Shown one piece after another: positions 61,245 to 64,000 of a stretch of DNA of 64,000 nucleotides. The position numbers and the translations under genes were made by a program. The notes beneath the pieces are model-generated. The model searched no databases and had not been told where the DNA came from. It was given only the letters and a program-made list of their open reading frames with translations. Location of the stretch: NCBI GenBank assembly GCA_009914755.4, contig CP068257.2, forward strand, positions 25,888,001-25,952,000, written 5' to 3'. Within the stretch, counting starts at the first letter, position 1; each line of letters opens with the position of its first letter. This DNA comes from the human T2T-CHM13v2.0 reference genome, Homo sapiens.

Positions 61245-61350
61245 AGGGAATCAGGAACTTCTGAGTTAGAGCCCAGACGCCACTGAGCCTCACTGAGTGA
61301 CCTCAAGCAAGTTACTTAACATTTGCCTGCTCCTCATTTTCCAGCTGTAA
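61245..61350 (+). mobile_element. MIR SINE core fragment
   Basis: gagcctcactgagtgacctcaagcaagttacttaacatttgcctgctcctcattttccagctgtaaaatgggg parallels gtgaccttgggcaagttacttaacctctctgagcctcagtttcctcatctgtaaaatgggg. Confidence 0.6.
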
Positions 61351-61694
61351 AATGGGGAAAAAAAATATATTTGCTCATTCAAGTTAAGCAGTTTGCAAGT
61401 TGTTCCTACCGTACTGTGGGTTAATTTTTATGCATGTTTTTGGTTTTCATTTTTTGCTTTGTTTTTTCATAACAAATTTAAAAGGGGAAAGGGGGTGTAA
61501 TTTTATTTTTTAAAAGATGACACATAAAAATTGCCACAATTCGAACTGAACTTAAAAGATGTCAAGTATATCAAAATATAAATGTATAACCTTTTTTGAG
61601 CTGTGCTGTAACACTCATTAGATATTCCCTGCCAATTATAGTGTGACTGCAATGAAGATGAAGTTTTTTTCATGTTTTCTCTCTACTGTGGCCC

Positions 61695-61775
61695 CAGAAT
61701 TTAGAACAGAGCCTGCCATACAATAAATGCTCAAAATACTTGCTAAATGCATTTAATGAACAAATTAATGAATGA
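61695..61775 (+). mobile_element. MIR SINE 3'-end fragment (possibly the same copy as 61245-61350, separated by unaligned sequence)
   Basis: ccccagaatttagaacagagcctgccatacaataaatgctcaaaatacttgctaaatgcatttaatgaacaaattaatgaatgaa parallels gcgcttagaacagtgcctggcacatagtaagcgctcaataaatgtt. Confidence 0.5.
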
Positions 61776-62037
61776 AAACATAATAGTCCAAGAAAATTAT
61801 AGAAAAAGTAAGTTCTTAATTTTACTATATATATAGACATTTGTTTCCTAATTAAGAATTAGAACAATAGGAAACAAAAACAATAAAAATTATAACTATC
61901 AATTTATGATACTATAGAATTCTTTATTGACTCTTTGGCTATCTAAAAATCAAAGATATCTGGGGAGCCTACAGAGTTTAAGTTAAAACACTGTTGTCCC
62001 ATACACTTTCATACCCCAAAGAACCATTGTTTATTAA

Positions 62038-62330
<293 letters not shown>

Positions 62331-62930
62331 ATTTATTAATTTTTTTTAATGTTACATATTATTTCAGGAGATTGCAAGAGAAGAGAATCATATTTGACAA
62401 AAACACATAAAAGAATAATTGCCTAGCTGAAATATATATTTTTGAAATGTAAAAAGAATGAGAAATTTTACACAAAAGAACATGGTAAATTAAGCATTGA
62501 CATAATGCCAAACAAACTTTCTAAAACTCGTTTCATTTGGTGACAAAATATATTTTTGTTCTTATTTTAGAATATTACTTTAGCATTTAAAAATAATTAA
62601 ACATTTTCCCATTATAGGATTAAAATAATTTAATTTCTGGAATTTTCTTTTTGTTATCAATTACTGTGGCATCAGACAGTTGTTTAAAGAGTGAATAAGA
62701 AGTATGATAGCAGTTTCACTAAATGGCAAGAAAAAGGTAGCTGAAAAGAAGTTAAATACAAATTTCTAGCTTTTATTTTATCACAATCTTTGAAGGTATT
62801 AAAAGGAAAAACCAATACATTGTAGTAGATTAGTTTTAGATTGAAATGAAAGATTTGCTTATTCTTTTATTTGGGAAAAAAAGATGAGTTTGTCAGAGAA
62901 TTAACTTTTTTTATTTCAATTTAAGAGTTA

Positions 62931-63671
62931 ATAGGAACGCCTTTACACTGTTGGTGGGACTGTAAATTAGTTCAACCATTGTGGAAGACAGTGTGGTGAT
63001 TCCTCAAGGATCTAGAACTAGAAATACCATTTGACCCAGCTACCATACCATTTGATGCCATTAGTGGGTATATACCCAAAGGATTATACCTTTTGATGCC
63101 ATTACTGGGTATATACCCAAAGGATTATACCTTTTGATGCCATTACTGGGTATATACCCAAAGGATTATAAATCATTCTACTATAAAGACACATGCACAT
63201 GTATGTTTATTGTGGCACTATTCACAATAGCAAAGACTTGGAACCAACCCAAATGTCCATCAATGATAGACTGGATAAAGAAAATGTGGCACATATACAC
63301 CATGGAATATTACACAACCATAAAAAAGGATGAGTTCGTGTCCTTTGCGGGGACATAGGTGAAGCTGGAAACCATCATTCTCAGCAAACTATCACAAGAA
63401 CAGAAAACCAAACACCACATGTTCTCACTCATAAGTGGGAGTTGAACAATGAGAACACATGGACACAGGGAGTGGAACATCACACACCAGGGCCTGTTGG
63501 GGGGTGGGGGGCTAGGGGAGGGATAGCATTCAGAGAAATACCTAATGTAGGTGACGGGTTGATGGGTGCAGCAAACCACCATGGCACATGTATACCTATG
63601 TAACAAAACTACACGTTCTGTATATGTACCCCAGAACTTAAAGTATAATTTTAAGAAAGTGAAAAAAAAAA
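62931..63671 (+). mobile_element. 5'-truncated L1 (L1PA7-8-like), about 740-bp 3' end with A-tail, containing a 41-bp x 3 internal tandem repeat
   Basis: ataggaacgcctttacactgttggtgggactgtaaattagttcaaccattgtggaagacagtgtggtgattcctcaaggatctagaactagaaataccatttgaccc...ggcacatgtatacctatgtaacaaaactacacgttctgtatatgtaccccagaacttaaagtataattttaagaaagtgaaaaaaaaaag. The ORF at 63134..63358 ([60 protein letters not shown]...) is the ORF2 C-terminus. Confidence 0.9.
63050..63172 (+). repeat. Triplication of a 41-bp unit (ttttgatgccattactgggtatatacccaaaggattatacc) inside the L1 ORF2 remnant
   Basis: Three near-identical consecutive copies. The first has ..attagtgggt.. and the last ends ..ggattataaatc as in the L1 consensus. 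Confidence 0.9.
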
Positions 63672-64000
63672 GAGTTGGAATGCATTGTCAATGACTCACT
63701 TATTGAAAATAACTGAACCAAGGTAGGAGCTTAGGTTATATGACGTTGCCATTATTGTTTCTAATGAAAGCAAAGTAATTACTCTCTTTGATGTAGATAT
63801 TTTTTAGCCATACTCTAGGAGTGAAGATTTCTGTGGACATTTGTTCTGAATATAAACAACTCCAAAAAATTACTCAGGTTCTTGCTAAACTTCTTTTCCT
63901 TTTGGTGTTCTTTAATGTTCTTCTGAAGGCACATAGCAGAAAGCCTCCATTTAGTGCTGAGAACTTTAATGCCCCTCATCTCCCACTAATCTTTTTTTAA

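Overview
This window reads as primate (hominoid, most likely human) nuclear DNA, not a prokaryotic or phage locus. It is AT-rich and dense with interspersed repeats; I can support no protein-coding gene, rRNA/tRNA or CRISPR array from the sequence. The evidence for hominoid origin is at least 18 Alu SINEs (free-left-monomer/right-monomer dimers with A-rich tails, including a young AluY-like copy), several LINE-1 copies with recognisable ORF1/ORF2 protein remnants, MIR SINEs, MaLR-type LTRs and a MADE1 (Hsmar1-derived) MITE. The young L1PA copies have the hominoid-type 3' end '...ATGCTAGATGACGAG...CACATGTACCCTAAAACT'. Every long ORF in the six-frame track is explained. The 578-aa, 237-aa, 230-aa and 191-aa ORFs are L1 ORF2 fragments. 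The 279-aa and 198-aa ORFs on the minus strand at 22.5-23.3 kb are the internal ORF remnant of a complete THE1 (MaLR) LTR retrotransposon. The 150-192-aa ORFs at 44.3-45.3 kb and the 119-130-aa ORFs at 59.0-59.4 kb are read-throughs of purine-rich simple repeats. The points worth a second look are these. A complete 2.3-kb THE1 element has both LTRs, TG..CA termini and a 5-bp target-site duplication. An L1 insertion has the classic twin-priming 5' inversion and an 11-bp duplication. A young 2.4-kb L1PA copy keeps an almost intact reverse-transcriptase/C-terminal ORF2 segment. A young L1PA is nested with a perfect 19-bp duplication inside an ancient L1M 3' UTR. A MADE1 palindrome of the miR-548 precursor type is inserted in an old LTR. 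There is an about 700-bp (GRTAGA)n polypurine minisatellite, several other micro- and minisatellites, and closely spaced inverted Alu pairs. I find no evidence for a novel biological system. Coordinates for old or diverged repeats are approximate (about +/-20 bp), and family names for ancient elements are from memory of consensus sequences, not from a database search.
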